A stretch of 63,538 bases of DNA, filler included, from Klebsormidium nitens (Eukaryota > Plantae > Klebsormidiophyceae), in NCBI GenBank assembly GCA_000708835.1. It is 5 parts of 5 records of this genome, joined end to end, with 100 filler letters (N's around TTAATTAATTAA, not from the genome) between each part and the next. Parts side by side here need not be neighbours in the genome. Positions count along the whole stretch, not along the records: positions 26,767 to 41,765 come from DF238044.1; positions 41,866 to 45,100 come from DF238592.1; 3 more parts are not named here. One strand, given 5' to 3'. The notes under the pieces were generated by a model. The model searched no databases. It saw only the letters and a list, made by a program, of their open reading frames with translations, and was not told the origin of the DNA. Both the position numbers and the translations under genes were made by a program. Below are positions 31,401 to 41,866 of this stretch, piece after piece. Numbering within the stretch: position 1 is the stretch's first letter; each line of letters begins with the position of its first letter.

Positions 31401-33071
31401 TAGCTTTCAAGTGTCTACAGAACCTCTTTAAAAGAGTTCATGCAGTCCCTTGGTTGTTCCTCGTTGGTCGAGAATTTTGAAGCGAACGTCTCCGCTCCGC
31501 GCAGCGACCTTGTCAGCAACTCGGACGCCAAGGCAATCCGGACGCCTCAGCCAACGACAACGAGCTGTCGCGAGGTCCCCAACAAACCGTCCAAAGATAC
31601 CGTCCCTCGTGTAAGTAATGCTCGGCATGGATTCCTTGTTCCGTTTGCCGTCGTGTGTTGGGTATTCAATGTTTTCGAGCTCCTCTGCTGCCTTCTCTGC
31701 TTCAGTCCACGATCTGAAATGTCCGCGTAAAAGCAGTTTCTGGGCGAGTCTCGCTTTTTTGATATCCTCCCCCAGTTGCGTTTCCTGTTATCTTTTCTCT
31801 TACCCCTCGGGCTGCAGCAGTAGGTGCCGTCCGTCTTATGGCACCTTCTTTGCCGATCGAAGGTTCTACCTAGCTTGCCGAAGTTATCTGCTGGAATTGG
31901 CGCGGCCTTGTTTTCCACCACCTTCATTCCGGATTTTGTTAGTTCTCCTTCCACATCGTAGTTCTGTGCAGAGGGTGCTCTGTGGGGGTGCTCGGTCACC
32001 TCTGTGGTCCTTCTTCCGGCGAATCTCCTCACCTTCGTCATCATTTACGTCACTCTTCTGAGGAGGCAGTCTTTGTGATGTCAAGGACATTCGCTTTCCA
32101 CGAACCGTTGACGTCTTTTGGAAGCTCGTGGAGGCGGGTCGAGGACCTTTGCATCAGCTTTTTGGCGACAGTTGACCGGAAAATTCTTTTCGTACGCAGG
32201 CTGTGGTGGCGTGGCGGCCTGGCTTCAATACGTAGCTGCGTTGACCTTTGCAGTGCCACGACCCCAACCTGCTACTGCGACGCTCGTGACACTCGTATCG
32301 GGTGATGCATTTCAGCTTATAACATTGACATAACCTTCAGTCTAGGTTTTCAGCCAAAGAATGAAACCGTTTGTACTCTTTTTCAGTATAGTATCCTGTC
32401 TCGGTATAGTGTCCTGTGTGCTAGTGCTTCTACGGCATGGCTTTTGAATCCGGCCATGGATAAAGCTTCGATCCCGGGTTACGTTTACTTGCACCTCCAC
32501 GCTAACCGACGGTTGTCCAGAGTAATAGTGTTCTCTTGTCGCTTCCTGTATATCGGGATTGTTCAACAGGTTTCGACTGATTTCAGGGAATCCTATCTTG
32601 CCCAGTCAATCTAAGAAGCTCCTATAACTCCGTTTAAGTTGGAACCTTCTGTTTGGTCAGCTTGACTACCTGTGGTCAAGTGTCAGGGGTCTCGTTCCCG
32701 TTCAAGTTTCTTCATTTGCGCGCTTTTCTTCTCTGCCGTAACCTGTCACATCCTAGTATTTAGATCAGGTTCGTAATGCAACTATTTTTCTGTCCAATAT
32801 GATACCGAACGGTTCTACATGAACCAACTTAACTCATCTCTGACGATTTTTACAGGCTCTTAGTTTGCAGAGTGTCACACTTCCAATGTCTTCGTCCCAA
32901 ACCTGGAGAGTAACAGTCGGGCCTGTTTGTCTCTCAGATTCTTGGCGATGTCCACCTGCCTGACGACGTGCTCGCTGACTTGATGAATAATGAAGAACCT
33001 TTCGACTTTCTCTAATTGTGGTGATACTTTCATGACCTTGAACTGAAGTTTTCTTTTGGCTGACAGGCCTC

Positions 33072-33923
33072 ATGCCCGAGGACGACACCGTCAGGTGCTT
33101 CCCGAAGCACCTGAACAAGCACATCCACGACTTCGACTCGCCGCAGGGCCCCACCGTCATCCGGGGCATCTCCTTCCCTCCGAAGGAAACGGCGGGCGGC
33201 ACCGACTTCGAGACAGACCCGCACGATCGAGAGGCGATTGCGGAGCTGGGGCTCCTTGATCTGGACAACGTGCCGGAGCCGCTCGGGTCGCGCCGCATCC
33301 ACAGCGTCCATCAGATCGGGAGCATCCTGGAGGTTCTGCTCCCGCGGGACGACTTCGATCCGGAGGCGGAGAAGGAGCAGGTTGTAGACGTGTTCAAAAA
33401 CTTTGCAGAGATAGGGTGGGTGGAGGAGATGGACATCGGGCTGTACCCCGCCGCCTACCTCCCGGGGACGGAGGAGGATCGGATTGGCCGGACGCGGGTG
33501 TCGGCGATCATCGCGTGCGACAAGATGAAGAATTCGGACGGGCAGCACCAAATGATCCTCCTGGATTCGTTGAGCCACGTCAACTGGGCGATGCTGAAGG
33601 TCCGGCAGCGGACGGTGCGGAGGGACGACGGGGGGCTGGGGTCAGAGCGGTGGTTCTTGCGGGCCTACGGGCAGGGCTACGACCCCATCAAGGCGCCGTA
33701 CAAGTGGGGCCCGGATATGGCGGACACGTTCCTGGGGCGCAACGGCCGGGCGTTTACGGGGCCAGAGTTTACGGGGCCGTATGCGTACGCCGAGAACCAG
33801 AAGCGCTGCATTCTGCTGCAAGCGTATGATTCCAAGTACGGGTTTCCGGGTCACGGCTACGGAATCAAGTCCGAGAATGTGGGCATCCACTGGTGCGCCC
33901 AACGTGATGTGTACCGGGGCTAG
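33072..33923 (+). CDS. Hypothetical protein (283 aa), possibly a terminal exon
   Basis: Strong GC3-biased ORF, preceded by a TTTTCTTTTGGCTGACAG| acceptor ending at 33066. Confidence 0.6.
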   Translation: MPEDDTVRCFPKHLNKHIHDFDSPQGPTVIRGISFPPKETAGGTDFETDPHDREAIAELGLLDLDNVPEPLGSRRIHSVHQIGSILEVLLPRDDFDPEAEKEQVVDVFKNFAEIGWVEEMDIGLYPAAYLPGTEEDRIGRTRVSAIIACDKMKNSDGQHQMILLDSLSHVNWAMLKVRQRTVRRDDGGLGSERWFLRAYGQGYDPIKAPYKWGPDMADTFLGRNGRAFTGPEFTGPYAYAENQKRCILLQAYDSKYGFPGHGYGIKSENVGIHWCAQRDVYRG

Positions 33924-34495
33924 GGGCCGTGCCGGGGCCGCGCATGGCGGTGTCTTGTGGACCTCGTCTCGGAGTGAGTCTTGAAGTTCCAATTCCCAAG
34001 AGGTCTGGTTTCGTGGTCACACGTTTTCTTGACACGACGTGAAAGGCACTCTCACTGGAAAAATAGGTGAGAGTATTAACGGTCTGGAGGTGTTCTGGCG
34101 TTGGCCCTTTCCTTGGCCTGAGCTATACGGGTTTGGAGGTTAGAATTTGTAGTCAAAGGTGTGTTTATAGGAGGAGCTGGAGTGAGGCGAAGTCCGTGTG
34201 CAGTGACTTACAACTTTTGCGTGTCCTGGTTTTTAAGGACCAAGTAGACGCAATCGAGATAATCGCGCTTTAGGTAAGACGAAGCAGCTTGAGCGGGAAC
34301 TATGACGCCGCGATGTGACGCCGCAGTTTGAACAATGGCAGAGGCTCAGGACAGTTCCTGCACAAGTCACGACACTTGGGGGAAGAGAGAATCGACGAGC
34401 GCACAGGAGCTGTGGAATTAGCGATTTCGGTGTTCGTTGTAACTATGCATTGTCTTTCGCCACATCAATGCACCTATCTGTGCGCAGGCTGTCAG

Positions 34496-35902
34496 GCATT
34501 ACTCGGATCGGTGACCTCGGGCGCCAACAGAACCTCCACATGATCGCCATCATTCTTTCGGTGGCGTACCAGTTCCTGATCGACGCGAGCTTTCAGGACG
34601 AGAGGTGAGTATCTCGACAGCGTTGTCTGACGACAACAGTTCTTTGACAGCAGTTCTTTCAACTGCGAAAAAGTATCAAAGACCTAGACAAATGGACAAG
34701 AACAAATTGACAAAGACTTTCTAGGCGCGACGTTCAAACCTCGTAACACTTGCAACACTTGAGGAAAACCCTTTCTCACCCCCTCCTTCCCTACGGGCTA
34801 CACTGATCTCCTCCCCTTGTTATGCTCTTGCCTCGTCCTTTCTAATTGTGTCCGCCCACTCGTTCTATCCGGGAATCACTGAGACATCTCCGCTCATTTT
34901 CAATTGAGAGGAATCTGTGCCCGGTTTTGAAGGGGGATAAATGTGCACGTCTGGATTTTTCTGCTAAATGTGCAATGGTGGAGCTTTGCAGTCGAGTAAC
35001 AAGCGGTGGCTCGACGTGATTCTTGAAGAGAATTGTCTGCTTCCCCCGTTGCTTGCTTCATGGTTGTCAATATCGAGTGGCCGCAAGTCGATGCTATGAC
35101 CTTTTTGTCCATGCAGTTTCGACTTAATGACAGCCGACGTGGGAAAGAAGGTGGCAGTGGCCGCCAACTTCCTCATCGCCTACGAGCAGACCCGCCACGT
35201 GAAGATTGGGCGGGTAAGTGTTTCATCTAGTACCATCGAGAATATTTTTGACTGAAATTGTCATTTCAGAACGTCGTTACAAGGATTGGCGTCAATCACC
35301 GCCGAGATGGCAACTTACCTGACTGGAATCTCTTACCTTCTCACTGCCAGCGTCGACGACCTCAATTTCTTACGCAGTCACACTTTGCGAAGCCGTTCCC
35401 GAGCAGACGTGCCCTGTTTACAGGACACTTTTCACTCTCCGCCGACATCTTCCCTGACTGAAATCTCTTACCTTCTCAATTCAGCTCTTACGACTCCGTT
35501 TTCTCCTGCAGTCACACTTTGCGAAGCCGTTTCCAAGCAGACGTGCCTTGTTTACAGAACACTTCCACTCTCCGCAAAATTCTGCTTACTGCGGACTGCG
35601 GGCCGGCTGTCTTTCCTGAACAAGTGTGTGTTTCCCTTCTGGTCAAGATTTCCTTTGTGAACAGATTGTGTCTGGACTGCATCATTTGCAACTTAATGTT
35701 AATTGTTCTGGGCTCGCTTGGTTTCTGGACAAGAGTAGGGAAACGGAAAACGTGGGTTAGCGCGTCAAACCTTGGGGACTGGCTTCGTTAACCCCTTAAG
35801 GCGTCAGACAAACAGATTGACTATTCTTTACGTTGCCCGCAGCCGGCGAACAACCCCCAGGACGTCAACTTCAAAGCCTACATCCATCAAGACGTCCTGT
35901 CA
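34496..35902 (+). CDS. Probable spliced gene of unknown function
   Basis: Short open exons bounded by AG/GT: ...QNLHMIAIILSVAYQFLIDASFQDE|GTGAGT; CAG|FDLMTADVGKKVAVAANFLIAYEQTRHVKIGR|GTAAGT; CAG|PANNPQDVNFKAYIHQDVLS|GTGAGC. Confidence 0.35.
35319..35575. repeat. Tandem duplication, 135-bp period, 2 copies
   Basis: CTGACTG.AATCTCTTACCTTCTCA...GCAGTCACACTTTGCGAAGCCGTT..C.AGCAGACGTGCC.TGTTTACAG.ACACTT.CACTCTCCGC at 35319 and 35454. Confidence 0.9.
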
Positions 35903-36874
35903 AGTGAGCCGGAAGAGTGGGCAGCAATCCAGGCGGAATTCGGTTTGAGCAAGTTAGGAGAACCGCTAACAAAGCCGGGGTTGCACGAAGCAGTAATGGG
36001 GAGCGAGAAATTACAACATTTTTACTCATTTTCAGGCTCCTCATTTCATCCTTCTCTTAATGAAGAATGAGACTTTCATCGTGAAAATCCGCACGTTTCT
36101 CATTGGATGCTTCATTCTCTTCACAGTTTATAATGAAGAGAGTGAGAATGAGGAAATAATCTGTATACTTGGTTTATTTTGGGGTCGCGAAAACAAACTT
36201 CCTCATTCTGTGTTCATCCTCGCTTTCATCATTTTTAGTTCTCTATCTGCTAGAGAACGGCTCTCATCATTCTCATTTTCCTCTTTGAGAAGAATGATTC
36301 GACTGAAGGCATGTTGTCTTTGCCGACTCGACACCGGANNNNNNNNNNNNNNNNNNNNNNNNNNNNNNNNNNNNNNNNNNNNNNNNNNNNNNNNNNNNNN
36401 NNNNNNNNNNNNNNNNNNNNNNNNNNNNNNNNNNNNNNNNNNNNNNNNNNNNNNNNNNNNNNNNNNNNNNNNNNNNNNNNNNNNNNNNNNNNNNNNNNNN
36501 NNNNNNNNNNNNNNNNNNNNNNNNNNNNNNNNNNNNNNNNNNNNNNNNNNNNNNNNNNNNNNNNNNNNNNNNNNNNNNNNNNNNNNNNNNNNNNNNNNNN
36601 NNNNNNNNNNNNNNNNNNNNNNNNNNNNNNNNNNNNNNNNNNNNNNNNNNNNNNNNNNNNNNNNNNNNNNNNNNNNNNNNNNNNNNNNNNNNNNNNNNNN
36701 NNNNNNNNNNNNNNNNNNNNNNNNNNNNNNNNNNNNNNNNNNNNNNNNNNNNNNNNNNNNNNNNNNNNNNNNNNNNNNNNNNNNNNNNNNNNNNNNNNNN
36801 NNNNNNNNNNNNNNNNNNNNNNNNNNNNNNNNNNNNNNNNNNNNNNNNNNNNNNNCCTTCTACCTCTGAAATCC

Positions 36875-37150
36875 GCCTTCCTCATTCTCATTTTCCTCAT
36901 TTTGCCAGGATGAGGAGAATGAGAATGAGGAAGGCCGCTTCTAGCCTTGGAGACCCAAGCCACCCCCCCTCCCTCAGAAAGGGCCTTCCTCATTCTCATT
37001 CTCCTCATTTTGCCAAGGATGAGGAAAATGAGAATGAGGAAGGCCGCTTCTAGCCTTGGAGACCCAAGCCACCCCCCTTCTCTTAGAAACGGCCTTCCTC
37101 ATTCTCGTTCTCCTCATTATCCGAGAATGATGAAAACGAGAATGATGAAG
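36875..37150. repeat. Array of three long palindromes (~24-27-bp arms, 9-10-nt loops), ~105-bp period
   Basis: CCTTCCTCATTCTCATT(T/C)TCCTCAT-loop-ATGAGGA(G/A)AATGAGAATGAGGAAGG at 36876-36934 and 36984-37043; degenerate third copy at ~37094-37150. Confidence 0.92.
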
Positions 37151-37325
37151 GGGGGTTCCGGGGGGAGACTCCCGAGGAAATGATGAGCGTGAGAATGATG
37201 AAGGGGGGTTCCGGGGGGAGACTCCCGAGGAAATGAGGAGCGTGAGAATGATGAAGGGGGGTTTCGGGAGGAGACTCCCGAGGAAATGAGGAGCGTGAGA
37301 ATGATGAAGGGGGGGTCCGGGGGGG
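37140..37325. repeat. 53-bp G-rich tandem repeat, ~3.5 copies
   Basis: GAATGATGAAGGGGGG(G)TT..GGG.GGAGACTCCCGAGGAAATGA.GAGCGTGA at 37140, 37193, 37246 and 37299. Confidence 0.95.
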
Positions 37326-37534
37326 GACTGGGCACGGGCGTACCGGTACCTGCCTATATATGTATACGTATATATTAAATAAGCGTTTATATAGGGTAGG
37401 AAGCATGTATATATAAAAAACCTCTTGTATACGCAATTTTAAATGAGGCCGGAAAATGAATCGCTAGGCATCATGTAATTATTCGCGCCCGGTTACGACT
37501 CTCTCCGGGGTTGACCAGCGAGGGGATCGGGCAA

Positions 37535-37940
37535 ATGGCTCACGGATGGTCCACCAACGGACCAAAAGGAGACCAGAAACATTACGAAAGGCAGAGTGTG
37601 CCTGGTCCAAAGCAGAACAGCGTTCGGGAGCCGGAGTACAACTCGGACGGGGAGAGGGTAGATCCGAGCTACACCCTTAAGGGGGGGAAGAACCAGAGAC
37701 GTCTCCGCGACATCGACGACGGGATGTACGGGCACGCAGAGTCGGACGGCACCCGAGGCGCGGCGAGGAAACTGTACGAGTGCGTGATGTCGCACCTCGG
37801 GTTCTCGCAAGAGGACTTCCTGTCAGGAAAGCGGGAGGAGTTGAGTGCGAAGAGGAAAGCAGAGCGGACGCCGGCGGAGGTGGAGGCGGCGCAGGCAACG
37901 AAGAAGGCCAAGCGATGGAGGCATCGACAACGCAAAAAGG
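37535..37940 (+). CDS. Possible first exon of the downstream Tudor/KDZ locus (Lys/Arg-rich, NLS-like end)
   Basis: GC3-biased frame from ATG 37535 ending KKAKRWRHRQRKK, followed by a possible G|GTGATT donor at 37941. Confidence 0.35.
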
Positions 37941-38855
37941 GTGATTATGCGCTTTTTCCCCCTTGAATTGCACGTCTGAGTTGCAACAATTCACAGTTCT
38001 GTGAGCATTTCAACTCAATGTTCGGTCTTTTTGCGAATCTTAGACACGTGTCGTGTGAATTTTTTTTGGAGGCTTTGAAACGGTAGTCTACTTTTGAAGC
38101 ACCTTTACCTACTTCAGCGTTAGCGCCCTGTTCCCTCGAAGACATGAGCCTCGTCTTTTTTTCTACCTTTTACCTGGGGATCCTGGCTACTCTAGGTAAA
38201 GCCAGCCTCTTGTCTTCTCTTTGAGCATTCACTAACGAGTCTCATTTCGTTTGAAAGTACGAGATTGAACTTAAGACGGAGTGAGAGGAGGCCAAGATAG
38301 CGGCTGCCTCTCGACCAATCTTATGCCGTTTCAACTCTTTCTGAGAACATCATCTCCTTCTCTCAGAAACACCATCTCCTTCTAAACACCATCTCCTTCT
38401 GATCTCATCTTCTCATTTCTATTTCGCCAGAAGAAAAAGCAACGGAGCAGGTTGGAGAACATGCCCGGAAGTCCACTGTGGAGGCAAGCCGCACGCAAAG
38501 CGGCCTGATCGAGGTACGTGCGGTGTTGTGATCTAATCTGTTTCCTCCTCATCTGGTCCTCTTTACAAATTGAGGCCAATGAAGCGACGATGTCGTGTCG
38601 CCCTCGTTTATTCCTTGATTGTCCAGTAACCTGAGGAATGTGTTGCCGTCTCCACTAGAGTACCACGATGCAGGCCTTGATTGAGTTTGTCATGTTTTGC
38701 TCAAGTGTCTGGTTTTTACTCACCCTTTTCTTCCCGTCTCCCTCCTATGCGTGCCGTAAGCATTGAAATTTCGGGCTTTAAGCTCGTCTCAGCCAATCTT
38801 TGCTTGTGATGGAGACGAAGGCGGGTTTTGAACAGATGCAGATGGTTTTTTGCAG

Positions 38856-40048
38856 GATGTTCCTTTGTCCGCCTTGCCTCCCCACGCGTTGGCCAGCCCA
38901 GCGCTGGCGCCAGCGCCGGCATCGGCGCCAGCAAATGCTCCAGCGCCAGCGGATGCTCCAGCGACCCCGGCTCGTGTTCCAATCGCCCCCACTGGTGCTG
39001 ATCTTGTCAGCAGACGGGTTGGAGTTTGGTGGCCGATTGATGACGTGTGAGAAACCGTACCGCTTATATTATTATTACATCACCGCTTCTTCCGTCAATT
39101 CTTGGTTGGCACGTGCTTTGAACAGCGGTGTTAACTGGAAAATCACAACTCCATCGCAGGATTCTCTTCTTAGTTTACTTGATTCCCCATGCAATAAGAG
39201 AGTCATAGGAGAGTCAGGATTGGGCCCAACATGGACACCGCGGACTGTATAAGGTTGACATGCTTAGTGGGATGGTTAGTGTTCAGACGCTGAGTGATTT
39301 GTCTTGGTTGACCTGCTGCAAGTCTCCTCAAACAAACTCAAGGTCTTCTACAACTTTCCTTTTCTTTGACACTCTCCCTGTTGACGTCTCTCTCGTGGAA
39401 CTTGGAACTTTCGCTGACGAGGCACCTCGTTTGCCACCCCCACAACCCGACCCTCCCGGGCAATTGATTGAGCTTGGTTGGGAGCGCAAGCAGATCGTCC
39501 GATTACGTTTGGTTAAAGTACTGCCGTGAGTCTGTGGCGCCCATCAGGTCAGTCGCTTATGTCGGGAACTTAGAGTATTACTGAACCATGCGCTGGCGCT
39601 TTGGCATGCAGGTTCCTTCCTGGGCGGGTTGTACACTATACACGCTGGAATAACGAACACGAGGTAAAAGTCCCCTTCTCTAGTTACGGTTCCTTGGCCG
39701 AAATGCCCTAATCTTGAGATAGGATTAGACCTCTTTCTACGTATCCCCAAGCCAGGTTCCCATTTCAGAGGGGTCCAAACGTGGCAGATCGCTACAATGG
39801 GACGGAGACATCTTAGTCATATCTTTCAAGAACTATCGACAAGCACAGGGTGTTGTCTAGGGTGTTGTCTAGGGTGTTGTCTGCACTTGACATACATTTC
39901 TATCAACCTTTGCAGGTTCTGTACGACGGTGGGTCAAGAGAGAGCCTCGACCTGTCAAACGAGCGGTGGAAGATTCTTGAAGCGGAGGACGAGGCGTCTC
40001 CTTGCTCCTCAAGGGACGGACCCTGCAACGAAGCACCAAGATCTGGAG
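38856..40048 (+). CDS. Spliced PDS5/MSH6-type Tudor domain (exons 38856-39046, 39612-39663, 39916-40048)
   Basis: Canonical GT-AG joining in matching phases yields LVSRRVGVWWPIDDVFLPGRVVHYTRWNNEHEVLYDGGSRESLDLSNERWKIL, a textbook plant Tudor pattern, after an Ala/Pro-rich linker. Confidence 0.75.
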
Positions 40049-40270
40049 GTGAGAGGAGGAGACAGATTGAAACTCGAACGGGGCGTTTGAACATGCCTAC
40101 CCCGTCGTTTCAGCTCGTTTCAGGATGTCCTCAGCTTTTACGTTGCCGTGTCGGACTCCGTGCCTTGACTCCATGTCCCGAGAATCGTAAAACTCGTAGA
40201 TTTTGTGCGCGATGATGACCTTAAAGGTTGCCGTTGTCTCACTTTCACTTAGCCAGCGGCTCTGAGCAGC

Positions 40271-40514
40271 CTGGTTGGACGTGCTGACTCGTTCCTGTGT
40301 ATGTGGGTTCGAGTAATCCGCCCACCACTTATTCTCACTGTTTCAGCCTCTCCACTCTCCACTGTGTGTACGACCGTTGCCAAAGCTCTCACTTGCACCT
40401 AGCCCGCGGGCCTCTGTGTCGCACCTGGTTGGAAGTGCTGACTCGTTCCTGGGTGATTCGTGTGGGTTCGAGGACGCTGCCCAGCACCTATTTTCACCGT
40501 TCCAGCCTCTCCAC
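40271..40514. repeat. Two diverged ~85-90-bp direct repeats, 154-bp period, intronic
   Basis: CTGGTTGGA.GTGCTGACTCGTTCCTG...GTGGGTTCGAG...CAGCCTCTCCAC at 40271 and 40425. A separate (AGGGTGTTGTCT)x3 microrepeat lies at ~39847-39882. Confidence 0.85.
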
Positions 40515-41334
40515 CTTGTGTACCACCTTGCTCACCTGCTTTCGCTACGCTCTCAGCCTGCCCACCGTGTACACCGTGTCACCACTTCAAGCCCGGTCGT
40601 TTGGATTCTTCTGGCCTCTTTTGCTGATTGACTGCACACGCGGAAGTTTGAAGTGCGCCGGGTCGAAATAATCTTTGGTGGTCTGTAGACTTGGGTGGGC
40701 TCCCGATTGACTTACAGGGACGTTTCCAGGGAAGCGTCCAGCTCAATTGTTGTCTGTGTACCGATGAAGGGATGGTGTCTAACTTGCGATGATTTTCCTC
40801 TTGGTCTTGCATATGATCGACAACCTCGGGCAATCTGCACCGAGACCCGAACTCGGGGGTTCGAATTGCCAGTAGAGCACACCCCCCCCGCACGGGCGCT
40901 GGACGGAACAAAGGGGGAGCCGACGGCGGAGCAGGAACCATGGCTGGAGCACCCAGAGAGCATGCGAGGTCGCTGCTCAGTGGAAAGGTGTGTCCTCGAT
41001 CAATCATGTATTCTTGAGATAAACTTTTCAATCCTTTCGCAATGAACGTGGTCGTCAGTACGAGCAGATTGGAAGTGCTTTCATTTTGCAGTAGCTACTT
41101 CAACGAGAGAGTATGTTGTTGAAGTCCTCCTTTCCGGTACACTGTGTTGCTCTTCATACATGGTTCATCTCCTGCTTGAACTTTTTTCAAAAGCTTGCTG
41201 CCAGGCAGATCTAGGCTGTGCTTCTACTTGTCGGAAGTCATCCCTTGCTTCTCGTATTTGGGTGTCGCACTCTCTGAGGCGGTATATGGAGGTCGATAAA
41301 TCTACGAGAGCTCACTCCGAAAATCTTGTCGCAG

Positions 41335-41474
41335 GCCCGTTCCAGAGGGCCCAATTCCAGCTCGTGGACCTGATGGCCGGGTTGAGGCCTGGTGTGCGGC
41401 TTGAACGAGACCCCGTGCGCGAGACCACGCGCAGCACTATTCGAGACACGGGGCTGCTGGATTACGTTCTCAAG
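41335..41474 (+). CDS. Exon encoding an MMD1/PTC1/DYAD-type winged-helix motif
   Basis: GCAG| acceptor, phase-compatible with the Tudor exon ending at 40048. Encodes RAQFQLVDLM...RDPVRETTRSTIRDTGLLDYVLK, matching the plant R..LR..AR..IGDTGLLD..LK motif. Possible GC donor AAG|GCAAGC. Confidence 0.6.
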
Positions 41475-41866
41475 GCAAGCCGTCTGCAATCTTTTTGTGT
41501 CCTTCGACGCAGGCGTGTTCGCTCATAACCTTTATTATCAACTTTCACGCTCATAAGGCTTCGCAGAGCGAGCGCAGGACCGATCAGAGGACCGATGCCA
41601 AAGCGACCGAGTTGACATTATGAAATTGTCTGGAACTCCAGAATGAGAGCGCTTTTCCTGCACTCTTGGAAGCTTACGTACTTGAGCATTCCTCTACCCT
41701 CCTCCATCTCTGCTGTCTCATCCCCGCTCATCAAGCTCAATATTGCGCTCAAACTTTGAGCGATGNNNNNNNNNNNNNNNNNNNNNNNNNNNNNNNNNNN
41801 NNNNNNNNNTTAATTAATTAANNNNNNNNNNNNNNNNNNNNNNNNNNNNNNNNNNNNNNNNNNNNC

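Noticed and set aside
29000-32900. Protein-coding genes among the many short ORFs here
   Set aside because: No recognisable motifs or consistent exon chain; there may be spliced or decayed genes, but I cannot support a call.
39260-39525. Exon supplying the first half of the Tudor domain (…RLVKVLP|GTGAGT)
   Set aside because: It is phase-compatible, but the donor at 39047 gives the canonical LVSRRVGVWWPIDD Tudor start, so this segment is more likely intronic or a minor alternative.
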